From NCBI RefSeq assembly GCF_009914755.1, contig NC_060931.1: DNA of 64,000 bases. One strand, 5' to 3'. Under the pieces are notes generated by a model. The model ran no database searches. It saw only the letters and a list, made by a program, of their open reading frames with translations, and had not been told where the DNA came from. Source of the stretch: the human T2T-CHM13v2.0 reference genome, Homo sapiens. The position numbers were made by a program, and so were the translations under genes. Shown here piece after piece: positions 39,840-53,995 of this stretch (within the stretch, counting starts at the first letter, position 1; every line of letters starts with the position of its first letter).

Positions 39840-40200
39840 AAAAAAACAAACCCAAATATGGTCAAATAGAAGAAAAGGAAGGCAAAGAAAAGGAGGAGGA
39901 GGAAAAGGAAAATGAAAGAGAAAAGAAAGAAGAAATTCTTTTAAAAGAAAAAGAAGCTAGAAAGTTACAAGGTGAATAAAATTAAAACACTGCCAGAAAA
40001 AAAATGTAAGAAAAACAAAGTATTAGTTGAAAATAAAATTTAAAATGTTTGTAAGATAAGGTACATGTGATAAAATGAATGATATTTAAAATAAAAGATA
40101 AGAGGCTTGAAGTTAATAAGATAAAAGTTTAAAAGCATAAGCATAGAGGAGGTAAAATATTAAGATAAAATGCTCATAGATGAAAAGCTGAAAATGTAAA
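39840..40200. repeat. A/G-rich low-complexity tract
   Basis: Strong A/purine skew on +. Confidence 0.7.
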
Positions 40201-40204
40201 TCTA

Positions 40205-40542
40205 CAGTTACACGCCATATTACGATGTTTTATTAAACCACAGGACCACATAGATGATGGTGGGCCCATAAGATTATAATACAGTATTTTTACTCTATCT
40301 TTTCTGTGTTTAGATATCTTATACACAAATACTGCTGTGTTACAGTTGCCTACGGTATTCAGTACAGGACCATGCTGTACAGGTCTGTAGTCTAGGAGCA
40401 CTAGGCCATACCACATAGCCTCGGTGTGTAGGAGGCCCTACCATCTAGGTTGTGTAATGCACTCTGTGATGGTCACAACAACGAAATCACCTAAGGACAC
40501 ATATCTCCAAATATATCCCCATCATTAAGCAATGCGTGACTG
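40205..40542. mobile_element. Tigger3a (MER7A)-type DNA transposon
   Basis: TA|cagtta...tgactg|TA termini; cccataagattataatac, ctaccatctaggtt, aaatcacctaa. Confidence 0.87.
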
Positions 40543-40770
40543 TAGATGGGATTAGCAATTAAGTTCAGGAATTCAGGACTAAAAATACTAGGATAAAGAT
40601 ATTAAAACTCTAAGATTTCAAGTGTCATTTAGAGTTGGGTGCTTCAGGAAAATAACAGGTTTCCTGCTGACTCCTGTAGATTTTCTGGTGGCTTCTGTGA
40701 AGGCTGAATCCTGGAACCACCCCACTGCCCTACAGCCATGGTGGCAATAGACGCTTTCCTGCTTGCAAGT

Positions 40771-40902
40771 CTTCCTTCCTTCCTTCCCTCCCTCCCTTCC
40801 TCCTTCCCTCTTTCTTTCTTTTCTTTCTTTCTTTTCTTTTCCTTCCTTCCTTCCTTCCTTCCTTCCTTCCTTCCTTCCTTCCTTCCTTCCTTTCTTTCTT
40901 TC

Positions 40903-40966
<64 letters not shown>

Positions 40967-40997
40967 TTCTTCTTTCTTCTTTCTTTTTTTTTTTTTC
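40771..40997. repeat. Compound (CCTT)n/(CTTT)n tetranucleotide repeat derived from an Alu tail
   Basis: Direct inspection; lies inside the apparent Alu TSD. Confidence 0.95.
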
Positions 40998-41290
<293 letters not shown>

Positions 41291-43179
41291 AAGTTTCTTT
41301 CTTACCCGTGCCTCCATCACTGGTGTTTGGTTTGGATTAAGAATGTAAGGTTGAGACCCAGAAAAATGACTGAATAAAGCCTATCTCTTTAGCCTATTAT
41401 CTGCCCCCGTGTGCCTGGGAGTTGAGCCACATCAAGCCACCTGTCAGGACACAGACCTCCCTCCTGCCTCTTTGCCCACTGGGTTCCAATCCGTTTGCTT
41501 GGAATGCCATTCCTCCCTTCTTTTGCCTGGCTGGGTTTTACCTACCTGATAAACCTTAGCTCGAGAATCATTTCCCTGGGAAGCCTTTTCTGAGTCTCAC
41601 CACTGTGCTTTCCCACCCCTAGTTTAGTTTATTTTTCAGCCACATTGCAGAATAATTGTTGATTTGCTTGTCTGCCTTCTCCACAGTACCAAAGATCGGG
41701 GACCACTGTATACTAATGGAAAAACAGCAACAGCAATAAAGCACGATCTATCCATTTTCTCATCACATCTTCAATAACCCCACAAAGCAGGCTCTGATAG
41801 CCACATTTTATAGATGAAGAAACAAAAACTTATTTATTTATTTCCTTGACAAATCTCCACTGACTTTCCACTATGTGCCTGGCATACAGGGGTTAACTAA
41901 TCTGCCCAAGGCTGCCCATTTAGAAAACTGCAAAGCCAATCATTGAGCCCAGGCCTATCAGATTCTAAGCCTGTGCTCTCGCCAGGATGCCTTTTCTCCT
42001 CAGCACATAGTAGGCACTCAGTAAATATTTGTCAAAGAAGTAAATGGCTACATATGAGAGTAAAGGCCCTGGAAACCCAGCCCTCTTTCTCTGAGATCCT
42101 CCTCTAGCAATGGGCTGACAGTGCTACTTGGAGGCACTGCAGTTGCGTCTTTTGATCTTCCATGCATCCTTCTAAAGGAGGTACTGTGTTTTAGGAAGAT
42201 CCCAAAGGTAAACATACAGGTTGCAATAAAGCTTTCCTGAGAATCTTCTTTTGAAAAAGCAAACAGGACACAGACTCCAGAGTTTTCAAATTATTGTGAT
42301 TTCTAGGATTCGTTTTTATGGTTTGGGAGTGGAATGTATGGCTTAAGCAAACACAATTAAATCCAAATTACCCGTGGCCATGCAGCCACTGGCTGTCTTT
42401 CCGTGTGGGAAAAGGCAGGGCTTTGTAGGGCTAGAAAATATCTGAAAAAAATATGAAGTGACTCTGTCTTTTTTTCTTTCCCTTTTTGTAAATGTTCTTT
42501 TAAAACACACCAAATTCCTGAGGAATTTGCTGTTTTATCTGTTTATTTTTTTGATTTGTTAGTGTCCTAGAGCATGAAATCTTATTTAAAAGGCACTGTT
42601 CTTTCTTGATATGGATGCCCATGATTTTCATTCTTACTTTCTAAGTCCAAAAATGAAATGCAGTTCTGCCTCATTGGGAGCATTTCTGTATTCTTAAAAT
42701 GTGCTGGTGTTTTTCCGGCTAAAGATGTTTCAGAAGCAGTGGGTAGGCAATTTGTTGTGATTCATAGTGAATTTATTTATATGGAGAATTTTCTCCAAAT
42801 TTTAAACACAGTGTACCCTTTGGTACTTCGCGTATGTGCCAAAGTGTCATCTCCATATGACTGGTGCAGGCCATTTGAATAAAGTTCCAGATGGGAATCA
42901 TTGTTCAAATTATTCCTTTCCCATCATCTAAATACAAATAGCAAAATGGAAAGCCGTTTTCCATTGCTTCCCAAACAATAATAATAATAATAATAGTATG
43001 AAAAAATCCTGACAGATACCTTCAGATAGTATGATATTATAATGACCGTAACTGCTATAATGGGACTCTTTTACAGATGGCAGCCGAGCCTGATCAAACC
43101 ATTCATTAGTCCTTCTAAAAACTGTCATATACATTCTCTTCTTTATGGTTCAAAACACAAAAGCCCCTTTGTGCCTTTA

Positions 43180-43700
43180 GAGACGTAGCTGCAATTTCAA
43201 ATAAAAAGAGCAACACATTAGCTGCCATTATGCCTGAGCCATATCATCAGCATAAAAATGAATTTGTAATATTTTGCCACATGTGATGTATTATTGCCGG
43301 GCTATGTAAACAATACTGGGTCTGAAATTGAGCCTTGGGGACTCCCTTTACAACTGACAAATTGAGAAACAAGGCCATCAACTCTCACACATTGCATCCG
43401 GTGAGTTAAATAACTCAGCCAAGATCCATTTCCAGCCCAGTCTGAGATAATCTCTGTCCTGTAATAATAAATCATAGTCAAGGGCGTCGGATGCCCCAGG
43501 CAGATCTATAAACCCGTAAACAAGGCTATGCTCCACAATTTTGATCACTCTTAAAAGCTCAAGCCAAATCATTCATGGGTTTAATCTCAGCATTGGTCAC
43601 AATTACATTCACAGCTCCCGTCTGCCCATGAAAAACAGCAGAGTTGCTGTTTAGAAATAGATCAAGGTAGTAGCTTTCTCTCTTTGTTGATTTTTTGGCT
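43180..43700. promoter_or_regulatory. Candidate conserved developmental enhancer
   Basis: Inside an apparently repeat-free stretch of about 2 kb; FOX TGTAAACA 43305-43312 overlapping SOX AACAAT; GTAAACAA 43516-43523; PBX-HOX ATAAATCA 43467-43474; CACATGTG 43278-43285; CATAAAA 43251; AGATAA 43445. Confidence 0.45.
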
Positions 43701-44191
43701 TTCCCTTCTGTACTCATGAAATCAGTGAAAGCTGGCGTCTGCACTGGGGATCAGCCACAGAGAGCATGGGACAAGTTCTATTTATTCCAAAGGAAGGAAG
43801 CAGAGGAAGATTGCATGGTAAAGCCGGGTTGCTGGGCAAATGATTCCATTGTCGTAGAACGTGGAACCAGAGTTTTGGGCAGAAATGGCCTGGGGAATGG
43901 TGAATTTGCTCAGTTGTGCCTCCTAACTGAGTTTTTTCACTTTGCGTTGGTGGCTTATGTTCATGGTTTCATAGGTTTAACTGTCTGATTGGTGGCCACT
44001 TTGAGCACAATGGGATTGTTAACACTTGTTGGTTGTATAGGGTCAAAGCTTATACACGGATGAGAATTGACTGCTCAGACCAAGTGTTTGGCAATTCTCA
44101 GTCTGTATTTTGTTCTTTAACTTGCTCTAAAATTCACAATAGAGTTAATCTATTCCTCTTCTCGAGCTTTACTTATTTTCGGAATTAATTA

Positions 44192-44516
44192 TAGTTGGCC
44201 CTCATTATCCACAGTTTAGCTTTCCCAAGTTTCTGTTACCTCAACTGTGGTCCAAAAATAGGTTAAGTACAGTACATTAAGATATTTTGAGAAACAGAGA
44301 GAGACAGAGACCATATTAATATAAATTTTATTACAGTATTTATTATAGTGTCTAATTTCACTATGGTTAATTTTTTCCTGTGCCTAATTTATAAATTTAT
44401 CATAGGCATATATGTATAGGCAAAAACAGTGTCTATAGGGTTCAGTACTATCCAAGGTTTCAGGCATCCGCTGGGGGTCTTGGAATGTACTCTCCACGAA
44501 TAAAGGGAGACTGCTG
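44192..44516 (+). mobile_element. MER44A-type Tigger-family DNA transposon
   Basis: aagtacagtacattaagatattttgaga, ctgtgcctaatttataaatt, gtttcaggcatccgctgggggtcttggaa. Confidence 0.87.
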
Positions 44517-44757
44517 TTCACACAAGAGCTGAACAGCCAAAACTGGGGAGATTGATAGGGGGTACCAAAGAGAGAATTTGGAGTTCAAAGTAAGATGCGT
44601 AACTCCTTTTATGATTAATATTGGCAGGAGAGGGAATTAGCATTTGCTAAACACATACTCAGTTCAAGGCACTATGCTGCCTGACTTGGAAATGTTATCT
44701 CACTTAATCCTGACAGTAATCCTGTTGGGTGATATAATCATTATTTAAGAAAGAGGA

Positions 44758-45079
<322 letters not shown>

Positions 45080-45775
45080 TCAGAGGGGCGAGGTCACTTG
45101 CTCAAGCACACATAGCTATGTGACTGACAGAGCTGAGAGATGAAACTAGGTTAGGGTGACTGTCAACACACAGTGTTTCTCCTGTGCCTCACTGCCTCCC
45201 AAGAGTGAGATCTCAAATTTATGTGACATCTCTGACTTAAGGCTGGGTAGGCAAATAGGATTTTATGTCAAAGTTGCTGTATTAGTAGTAGTGCCTGGAA
45301 TGCCGTGTGGAGAAAGATTGTCGTTGGGTGAAATTCTCCAGTTGATGAATGGTGTTGGCCACGTGTTTGGCTGGGGAGGCCAGCAGGCAGCAGGCCGGCT
45401 GAGCGTATGCTGGGTTCGCCTCAGGTTACTAGGAGGCATAGTCTATTGTCAAGCAGAATTGTGCCTGTGTGTTGGGTAACAATGTATACCCACAATGGTT
45501 ATACGTTGGTGCAATGTATTATTCATAACCTGTTAGGAAGAAAATTCTGTTGAAAAAAGCCTCCTAATTGCCACTCTGGAAAGTATCAAGTTGTGGTCCA
45601 TCAGCATTTCAGGGGCTTATATTTTTGTAAGTAAAACACACTTGAAGGCACCCTGGCAATACCTAGGGTATCCTGCCCTTAAAGCATCCTATTTAGAGAG
45701 TAATTATTTTCTATCTTTGTTGCAGTAACAATAGGGGAATGAAACCTAAATGAATGATCAAAACAAAAACTCCTC

Positions 45776-45794
45776 CAACCACGAGGTGGCGCTA
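45776..45794 (+). promoter_or_regulatory. CTCF binding motif
   Basis: caaCCACGAGGTGGCGCTA against the core consensus CCASYAGRKGGCRSY. Confidence 0.7.
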
Positions 45795-45874
45795 TAATCT
45801 ATTACTCAATTTATAAATGCTTCGTGGATTGCTTGCTGACTATTCTCTTTTTGTTCCTGTTTTACTTGCTTACT

Positions 45875-46170
45875 TTTTAAAAATTTATTTTTTTAATTGA
45901 AAAATAAAAATTGCATCTATTTATTGCATACAACATGTTACTTTGAAATATGCATACTCTGTGGAATGCCTAAATTGAGCTAATTAACGTATGCATTACC
46001 TCACACACTTTTTATCTTTTGTGTGGTGAGAACATTTAAAATCTACTCTCTAGGCAAATTTGCAAAAATACAATACAATACAATACAATACATTGTTATT
46101 AACTGTAGTCATAATATTGTGCAATGGATCTGTAGAACTAATTCCTGCCATCTAACTGAAATTTTGTACT
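45875..46170 (-). mobile_element. L1MA 3' end
   Basis: gctaattaacgtatgcattacctcaca, gtggtgagaacatttaaaatctactctc; internal (CAATA)n. Confidence 0.85.
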
Positions 46171-48298
46171 CTATTTTTCTTTTCACACTCATTTTAGTTC
46201 TTTCCTTCATTTCTCCAACCCTTCTCAAAACAAACTAACGAGCCAATGGTCCAACAAGCAAATATCTCCTCCAAGTACCTTTTTTATTATTATTCTTTCC
46301 TCATAGTCCCCGTATTTTAAATGACTTAATGTAGCAAACAAACCTTAATTAGTAATAAAAATTCATTTGGGGGTTTTCATTAATCAAAGACTATCAGAGC
46401 TTCTGCTCAGAATATGTGTTATCAAGTAAGTTATGTTTCTCCAGCTAAAAATTAAAGACATTTAGTATTTTAGATAGCATGCCTATGTAATGTTATCAAG
46501 GTTTTTTTTTTCAAGTAATGGAAATTGTTCACCAATACTCATTACTGCCTTTAAAGACTTCTGGGAGGGGTGTCTTTAAACTCTTTTTGAGAATCAAATT
46601 CATTCCTGGGTCCCTGGGTAGAAATTTTGTAAATATCAGGATGCTGAGGCTGCCTCTCCAAAAGCAATACCTACTGGTTCTCTTTCTTGGTCGTTTGCTC
46701 ACAAATTCAAGCTCCTTGCCCAGGATTTAATTCTCCATTTCGGAGAATTTAATCCTGAATAACACTTACACCTGAATAACGTCTTTAATTCTAGGTTCTT
46801 ATCATTCACCAAGAAAACTAGGCCATTTTGGTTTAAATTAAATCACCGAAGTTCTTGTATGATTTGTTGGTAATAGTAAAAGAGACTAGACTCATGAAAT
46901 TAGGGATCGCTCACAGTTGTAACAATTAGACCACACTTCCTCCCAGACACAAGTTTTAAGACTATCAATTAAATATAAACAGGTTTTCTGGCTGTAAGAT
47001 TTTAGCTTTTGTTTCCTTTCCAGTTAGCCTAGAACCCAGCAGTCCACATGTGCCTGAGAGAGGAAGAGATGGTAAGACCAAATGTTGCTCAAAACCTTGG
47101 AGACAAGTTTGGTTCTAGCATGAGCTGAAGTTTTACTAGATTAGGAATTTATATAGGCTATGTCCTTCAATTCGTCTACATAATTTCCCATTGTCTAGTG
47201 AGCACTATAGCTCAAGGACCAATGGCACCCAACACCTTAGAAATAAAATTCGTGAGTCCAAAGACAAAGCATGCTATTGTTTGGCTCCTTCCACTGCCAC
47301 AGGAAGACTTTTGTTATTGGACTAAACTTAGAAGAAGTGAAAGTTTTATGATAAAAGCAATTCTAAGCCAGTCTTTGCATAATGAGCCAATCCCAACAGT
47401 CACCTAATAATATTTTCCTCCCTGAACTCTACCTTTGAATAAACATCTTCCTAATCATGTGCCCCAAACTGTTTCTAGCGAATTCAGGAAGAGAGCAAAG
47501 TCCAACTATATCTGATGTATCACCCAAGTGGTCCAGAGGTAGATGGCTCGATTGATACAAACCCAACGTAAATTCACAGATTTCAGACGTGTTATATTTA
47601 TGATCAACTGTGACCCACAAAGTGAAAAGTGTGTGGATCAGTGAAGTTTGGTGGTCTTTAAAAAGGAAGGGAGGCCCTCATCTCCCCCAGAATGGTGCTG
47701 AATGTGGCTGGAATGTAGCTAGGTGTCTGCCAGCTGCCATCCAGGCATAATCCAGGTGGGAGCCCCATCTTGGTACAGAACGTAGGAACCCATCTACAGT
47801 TCTGTGGCTTTCCTTCCCCAGAGCTGTGTCTGGCCTGAATGTAAAGATGTTTGGAGAAGATGACAAATCCAGTCCATGACCCTGGCTTTAGTCCAGTTCC
47901 TCTGACCCCCCTAAATCAGGTCTCAGAGCAACTTGGAGCTTAATGCAGAGGAAGATAATTCTTCTGACTGTGGAAAATATTAGCTAAATAGATGACAAAG
48001 ATCGGTTGTAAAATCTCTCTAAGAAATGAATTAGATCAGTCTGTCTGCCTAAGGTGGTATGGATGTAATTACCCCTAAAAGCGTGTTTCTTTACATGTAA
48101 AACGGGGATTATAGTGGTACCTATATAATGTTCACAATGGTGGTTGTGCAGATGAAGTGAGTAGTGCAGGTAGTGCACTGTGCTACGTTGTTGTAAGTGG
48201 TCAGTAACTGATAATATAAAGGGGGACTCCCTTTCTATCCTAGAGGTGACACATTCTCGCCAACTGTTACTGAGTTCAAGAAGAGTCTCTTTCTCTTG

Positions 48299-48336
48299 TT
48301 CTCTCTCTCTCTGTACACACACACACACACACACAC
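48299..48336. repeat. (CT)n/(CA)n compound microsatellite
   Basis: Direct inspection. Confidence 0.9.
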
Positions 48337-48599
48337 CCTGGGGGGTATTAAACAAAGTGTTCCTTTAAAGCTGTATTGTGGTTAATCTCTTATGGCTTGA
48401 TGAAAGAGCCTCTCTGTATGGACAACCCCTAAGTTCATAATGGCCGTAAAGGACTGAAGGATGGAGAGTGAAATGTGGAACCAGTTTCTCATTGTACTGA
48501 AATGTATCATTTTTGGGATTCTTGTTAAGAGACAGTGTCTTCAGTTTCATCATGCACAATTTGTTGTGAGCCCAGCCAAATATGGCCACGTAGTACATC

Positions 48600-48820
48600 A
48601 AGGTGATAATTTTCTAGCACTATGCTAAGTGTTACACACACGTGATATCATGTAACTTTTCACTGAGACCCTAAGAAGTAGCTACTATTTGTCTACCCAT
48701 TTTACCAATAGGAAAATTGAGACTCAGAAAGCTTAAATTATTTGGCCAAGCTCACAAAAGCAACATGTACAGAGCTAGGATTTGAATTCAGATCTGTGAG
48801 AACCCCAAGCTCTTACGACT
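48600..48820 (-). mobile_element. MIR
   Basis: cccattttaccaataggaaaattgagactcaga...ctaggatttgaattcag. Confidence 0.8.
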
Positions 48821-49049
48821 CCCTTTTCTTCCCTCCCTCCCATCTGCCTCACTCATGTGAATGGCATAAAGATACTCCAATATTGACTTGGCTTGGAGCT
48901 TCAGAATGGGGGCCTGCGGAAATGTCTGGAGACATTTTCAGTTGCCACAGGTTGAGAACCCCGCCCTGATAGTATACAGGGGAAGCTCTGTGGTGTAGTG
49001 TAGTAAACAACAGGCTTATAAATGTTAGATCATCGAAAGAGTGTGTATC

Positions 49050-49220
49050 TCATCCCCCAACTCTGCAGGGGAGGTCTGATTACCACCTTTAACACATAGG
49101 AAACTGAAGCTCAGAAAAGATAAGTCACTTCCTCAAGATCACATGGTTAGCAATCATTGGAGCTGGAAATGATACTAAGGACTCCTGATCCCAAAGTAGA
49201 GATTTTCTCCTTTATCACAA
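49050..49220 (-). mobile_element. MIR
   Basis: ggaaactgaagctcagaaaagataagtcacttcctcaagatcaca. Confidence 0.75.
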
Positions 49221-49289
49221 TGATCCCTGGGCCATTGTTTTTCTCATCAAATTTAGACTTTTAGTTTACCTAAACATTATTTAGCTTGC

Positions 49290-49468
49290 TTGGTGGTTCT
49301 CAAGTGATAACATGCATCGGATTTGCAGGAGGGCTTGTGGAAGCAGATTGCTAGGCTTCACCATAGAATATCTGATGGGGCCCTGGTGGGGCCTGTGAAT
49401 TTGCTTTTCTATCAAGCTCCTGGGGGATGCTGATGCTGCTGGACCAGGGCCACACTGAGAACCACTGA
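49290..49468. mobile_element. MER5A hAT-Charlie DNA transposon
   Basis: gtggttctcaa...cagattgctagg...gatgctgatgctgctggacc...tgagaaccactg (inverted termini). Confidence 0.82.
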
Positions 49469-50154
49469 ATTAGGTCTCAAATGTGTTTTCTTTCTTCTTC
49501 TCTTCTGAGTCTTCTTCTGCCTCCTTTTTGCCTCTCCTCCCCCAACTGTCTGGGGACACGAAGAGTGCTGAATTTGCAGCCTGGCTTCTATGGACAGGCT
49601 AAGGCTGACAGGCTGGTGAAATATTAGTGCAACATGTGAAACTTACAGCCTTCCGAAGGCTCACTGCAGAGCGCAACCGATTACATGCGTCACTGGTCCA
49701 AGTGTTCCTTACAGTCTCCTGGGAGTGAATTAAAATCCTTTGCTGGTGACATAGAGGGGTGGACTGGTTCTGGGTCTGGTCTAATCTGGGTCAGAGAGCA
49801 TGGGCTGATCTGTCATCTGAAACACTGAAACTTCTCCCAGGCGTCTCCTGGGGGATGATGGCTGCCCGCTGTGCTGGAGGCAAACGGGAGGAGGTACAGA
49901 TGGAGGCCTGTCCCTTGTCCCTTTGTCTGGCAGCTGCTCTCCTCACAGGGTGGTTGCTGCAGGCAGCAGTAGGTGGTCTGCATAAGGGGCTGGGAAACCA
50001 GGCTTCCCACAGCCTTGGGGGTTCCCTCCAATTTGTTACCTCTGAATGCTTGGAACATCTGATGTGCCAGAGGTCCAGGAATTTGTGATGAATGTACAAT
50101 GAAGACATATGCTGTACTCAAACTAGCAAAAGAGGCCAAGGAGGGGAATCTGGA

Positions 50155-50380
50155 AACTAGTATTTATTGAGACTGATCATGTGCCAGGCATTGTGTTCGA
50201 TACTTTACATTCATCTCATTTAATCCTCATAACAGTCTTGCAAGTTAGATGTTCTTACTCATGTGAAGAAAATGGGGTTTCAAGAAGCTAAATAACTTGC
50301 CTAAGCCCATCAACCTTGAAAATGGAGAAGCCAGGATTTCAGCCCAAGGTAATCTGACCCTAGCAGCTGTTATCTTTCCA
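50155..50380 (-). mobile_element. MIR
   Basis: tatttattgag...tgtgccaggcattgtg...atctcatttaatcctcataaca. Confidence 0.8.
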
Positions 50381-50386
50381 TTTAAT

Positions 50387-50388
50387 GA

Positions 50389-50431
<43 letters not shown>
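50387..50431. repeat. (GA)n microsatellite
   Basis: Direct inspection. Confidence 0.95.
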
Positions 50432-50434
<3 letters not shown>

Positions 50435-50494
50435 TTGAAGGCTTGAGGTTCAGAGGAGGTGAGGATGCCTTATGACTTGTGATTTACTGGGCAA

Positions 50495-50671
50495 TTACTA
50501 GGCCAGTTTTCACTTTAGCCAACCTTCGTCAAGTAATTTTGAAAGAGCATGTCTTCCTTCTTTTGCTTGGTGCAGAGAAATTTAATAGGCCAGTTTTGAC
50601 TTTAGCCAACCTTCGTCCAGTAATTTTGAAAGAGCATGTCTTCCTTCTTTTGCTTGGTGCAGAGAAATTTA
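50495..50671. repeat. 87-bp tandem duplication (2 copies)
   Basis: ggccagtttt at 50501 and 50588; three mismatches (50498/50585, 50511/50598, 50531/50618). Confidence 0.95.
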
Positions 50672-52392
50672 GAACAAGGGGAAATAATGCATTAATACAT
50701 GCTGTAAGAAGTTTGCTTCCATCGTTAGGCAAGTGACTTGTGGAGTGAATATTCCCCTTAGAGCTGTAGGGGGCACAGTAAATCCCAAAACAATTGAAGG
50801 AATTATAGAAGCAGGATAGTACAGGACATTAGGACGTTGTGCCTGATCAGGGGAACGAAGCAATTTGTTCTCCTCTCAACCAAAGTTTATCATTTCTTCT
50901 TAGTAGATGAAAATGGAATGTCACTGCTTTTTTTCTTTTTATAAGTAAGAAAAACAAATCAACATGCTCCCTATTGTTTCCCTGACTTGTGAAAATAAAA
51001 TCCAAACATATATTTGTGATTTCATACAGCCCGGAAGACCATGAAAGAAACATGAGCCCGAGGAATTTGTCAACCCACTCTCTCTCTGTGGTCTGCAATG
51101 CCTGGGTTTTAATTACTAGTAGGAAGGGCGCTTGAATTGGCAAGACTCTTTTAGTATTCATTCATCTTGAGCAAATTGTGACATCCATGGGGTGGGGAGA
51201 ACCAAGCATTTAAACTACTTTTTGGCATAATTGGCCTTGACCTTCATAATTTCATAATATGCTTAGTGGTATATGCAACAGGCCTGACTTCCAGAGCTTG
51301 TCATTTGAAATCAGATGCAATCCACAACATCAGTAATGATACCTTTCTTTATTCAATGCCTGTAAGGCATTTTCAGTGGCATTGTCTCATAGAATCCTTA
51401 GAACAACTCTATTAAGGAGATATTTTCATCTTCAGTTTATAGACTAAGGACACCAAACCTTGAAAAGATCACACAGTTTGTCAGGAGCAAAGTCTCAACT
51501 CAGACCCAAGCTGCTAAGTCCTATTTGAGTGCTTGTTTACTACATTCTTATTTACCTCTTTGTTCTGTAAATTTGACGTTGGTCTTTCAACTTAGTGATT
51601 AGATTTTTTTTTAAAATAGCTTTTCTCTGATATAAAATGAACATGTATTCTTAATAAAAATACAGAAAAATCAGTAAGCGAAATAGAAAGAACTCTGTCC
51701 CTTTAAGACAATCACTATCAATATTGTGCTGCGCTTTTCCCCAAGCGTGTTGAATCAGCAACTTTTCATTTTGATCAAGTATAAGTTGTGTGTGTATCTT
51801 TCAGTTTTGTTTCCCCAGGAGCATGCAGCACAGTATCTGGAGTCTTAAAGTTGCTCCGAGGAGGTCTGCGGAATGGATGGAGGGAGAGAAGGATGAACAC
51901 ATGCGTCCATAGGCTTGTATGGGGGCACCAAAGAGTTAGAAGAAATTGTCCCTGTCCCTGAAATGCTTGCCATCTAAACATGGGAAGACCAGGCACTTAT
52001 TTCTGTGGCAAGTTTTTGGAACAACTAACAAAAATATAAGGGAATACTTACACTCGAAGTTAATAATGTGGTGTGTGTCATATGCCAGTGCTGGGATTGA
52101 ACAGCATAAATCAAGACTAGTCAGGCGAGAGCTCCTGGAAGACACAGTATTTAGTTAAATGTTGAGAGAAACGATGTATGTGGTTGACAGAGAAGTGTAT
52201 GGCTGTCTCTGGTCTTTTCCAAAATGATAGACTACAGAAAAGTATCTGTGTCATTATTACTTGAAAACTGGAAATTACTTATATTCCAGCAATTTTCCTT
52301 TGGTGTTTGCATTTCTGGAGTGAGAGCACAGTTCACCTAGTAGGCCAAGGAAATCTATTCTTTTAGTCTATTTATCGAAAATATAAAAGTGG

Positions 52393-52700
<308 letters not shown>

Positions 52701-53194
52701 TTATGTTTCTGAAGAGTGCTACTTTCTAATCACTTGGAGAAATATAAAAGGAAATGAAAGTGGCTGCTTTACTATTGGCTTTGGGAAAAAGAAATACTGC
52801 AAGCTAAATAATTTACAGATTAAATATCTGAGTGTTAAGGAAGAGGTCAGCTTTGTTGCTTTTAGAAGAATGATTTACGGTTCTACTTAGCTTTTAAAGT
52901 CCTGCTGTGACATTTGGGAACATGCTTTTCCATTGATAAGTAATACCGTAGTGTGATAGATGAGGGAACAATAGCATGAGTTTGGCCAAATCGCTATTCG
53001 TAATGTTTGTTTAACAGATAAAGAAGTCAGGTGACATTTTCCATTGGTGTGTTGTGCAATGCTGCAAAACTAACAGCTCCAAGATTTAGCATAGAAAATG
53101 AGAAATTCCCAGGGAAACTCTGGGTTGGCAGTTTGGAAAGACCGTCCACCATCAGTTGGATTCCTTCAATTCCTCTTCCTCTGGTTTTCATGAT

Positions 53195-53420
53195 TCAGAG
53201 GAAAGAGCATGGACTTTGAAGTCAGATCTGTGTTTAAATCTTAGCTCTATCATTTTCTAGAGGTGGGGCTTTGGAGATGTTACTTAACCTCCACAAGCCT
53301 GTTTTCTTATCTTCTAAGTGAAGTTACTAATAGCCATGTCAGAGGATTGTTGAGAGAATGAAAACAGTTACTTGTGTAGAGTGACTAACACAAAACTCGT
53401 TGCCTAGTAGTCACTAATAT
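53195..53420 (+). mobile_element. MIR
   Basis: gaaagagcatggactttgaagtcaga...ttacttaacctc. Confidence 0.8.
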
Positions 53421-53421
53421 A

Positions 53422-53995
53422 CCCATTCATTCAACAACCATTTGGCATTGTGCTAGAGGCTGGGGAATATGAGAACGATTAAAGCAGTCTGTGTCCTTGT
53501 AGATTTAACAGTTTAGTAAGAAAGGGAGATGAAAAATAAAATATATAAAAATATATTTAAAAATATATATTAAAAAATATATAAAAAACAAATATATATA
53601 ATCATGATAAATGTAGCCAAATGTCATAAAGGGAGTAAAGGCTGAGGTGAAGAATATTTGGGGTAAATGTGAAATGACTTCACATAGGGTAAGACAGGGA
53701 ATGCCTTTCTGGGCAGATGACTTTAAGCAGAGACCTAAAGCATGAGAAAGAGCCAGCTGTGAAAAAATTTGGGGGTAAAGCATTCTAAGCAAAAGGGATT
53801 CATGTGCAGCAGCCTTGAGGCAGGAAATGGCTTGGAATGTTCCAGGAATTGAGCAGATGAATGGTTGCAAAAGGTGAACCACTAGGGATGAACCTGGAGA
53901 GCAAAGAAGCGAAGATCTAGAGATGAGGTGGGAGAAATCAGCAGGATGGATCTCGCGTGACCTTGGTAGAGAGTTTGAATTTTATTCTAAGTACC
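53422..53995 (-). mobile_element. L2 with an AT-rich insert (53530-53600)
   Basis: cattcattcaacaa...gcagagacctaaagcatgaga...ccttgaggcagga...ttttattctaagt. Confidence 0.75.

Noticed and set aside
50495-50671. Direct repeat as a CRISPR-like or array system
   Set aside because: Only two adjacent copies, no spacers, and a mammalian context
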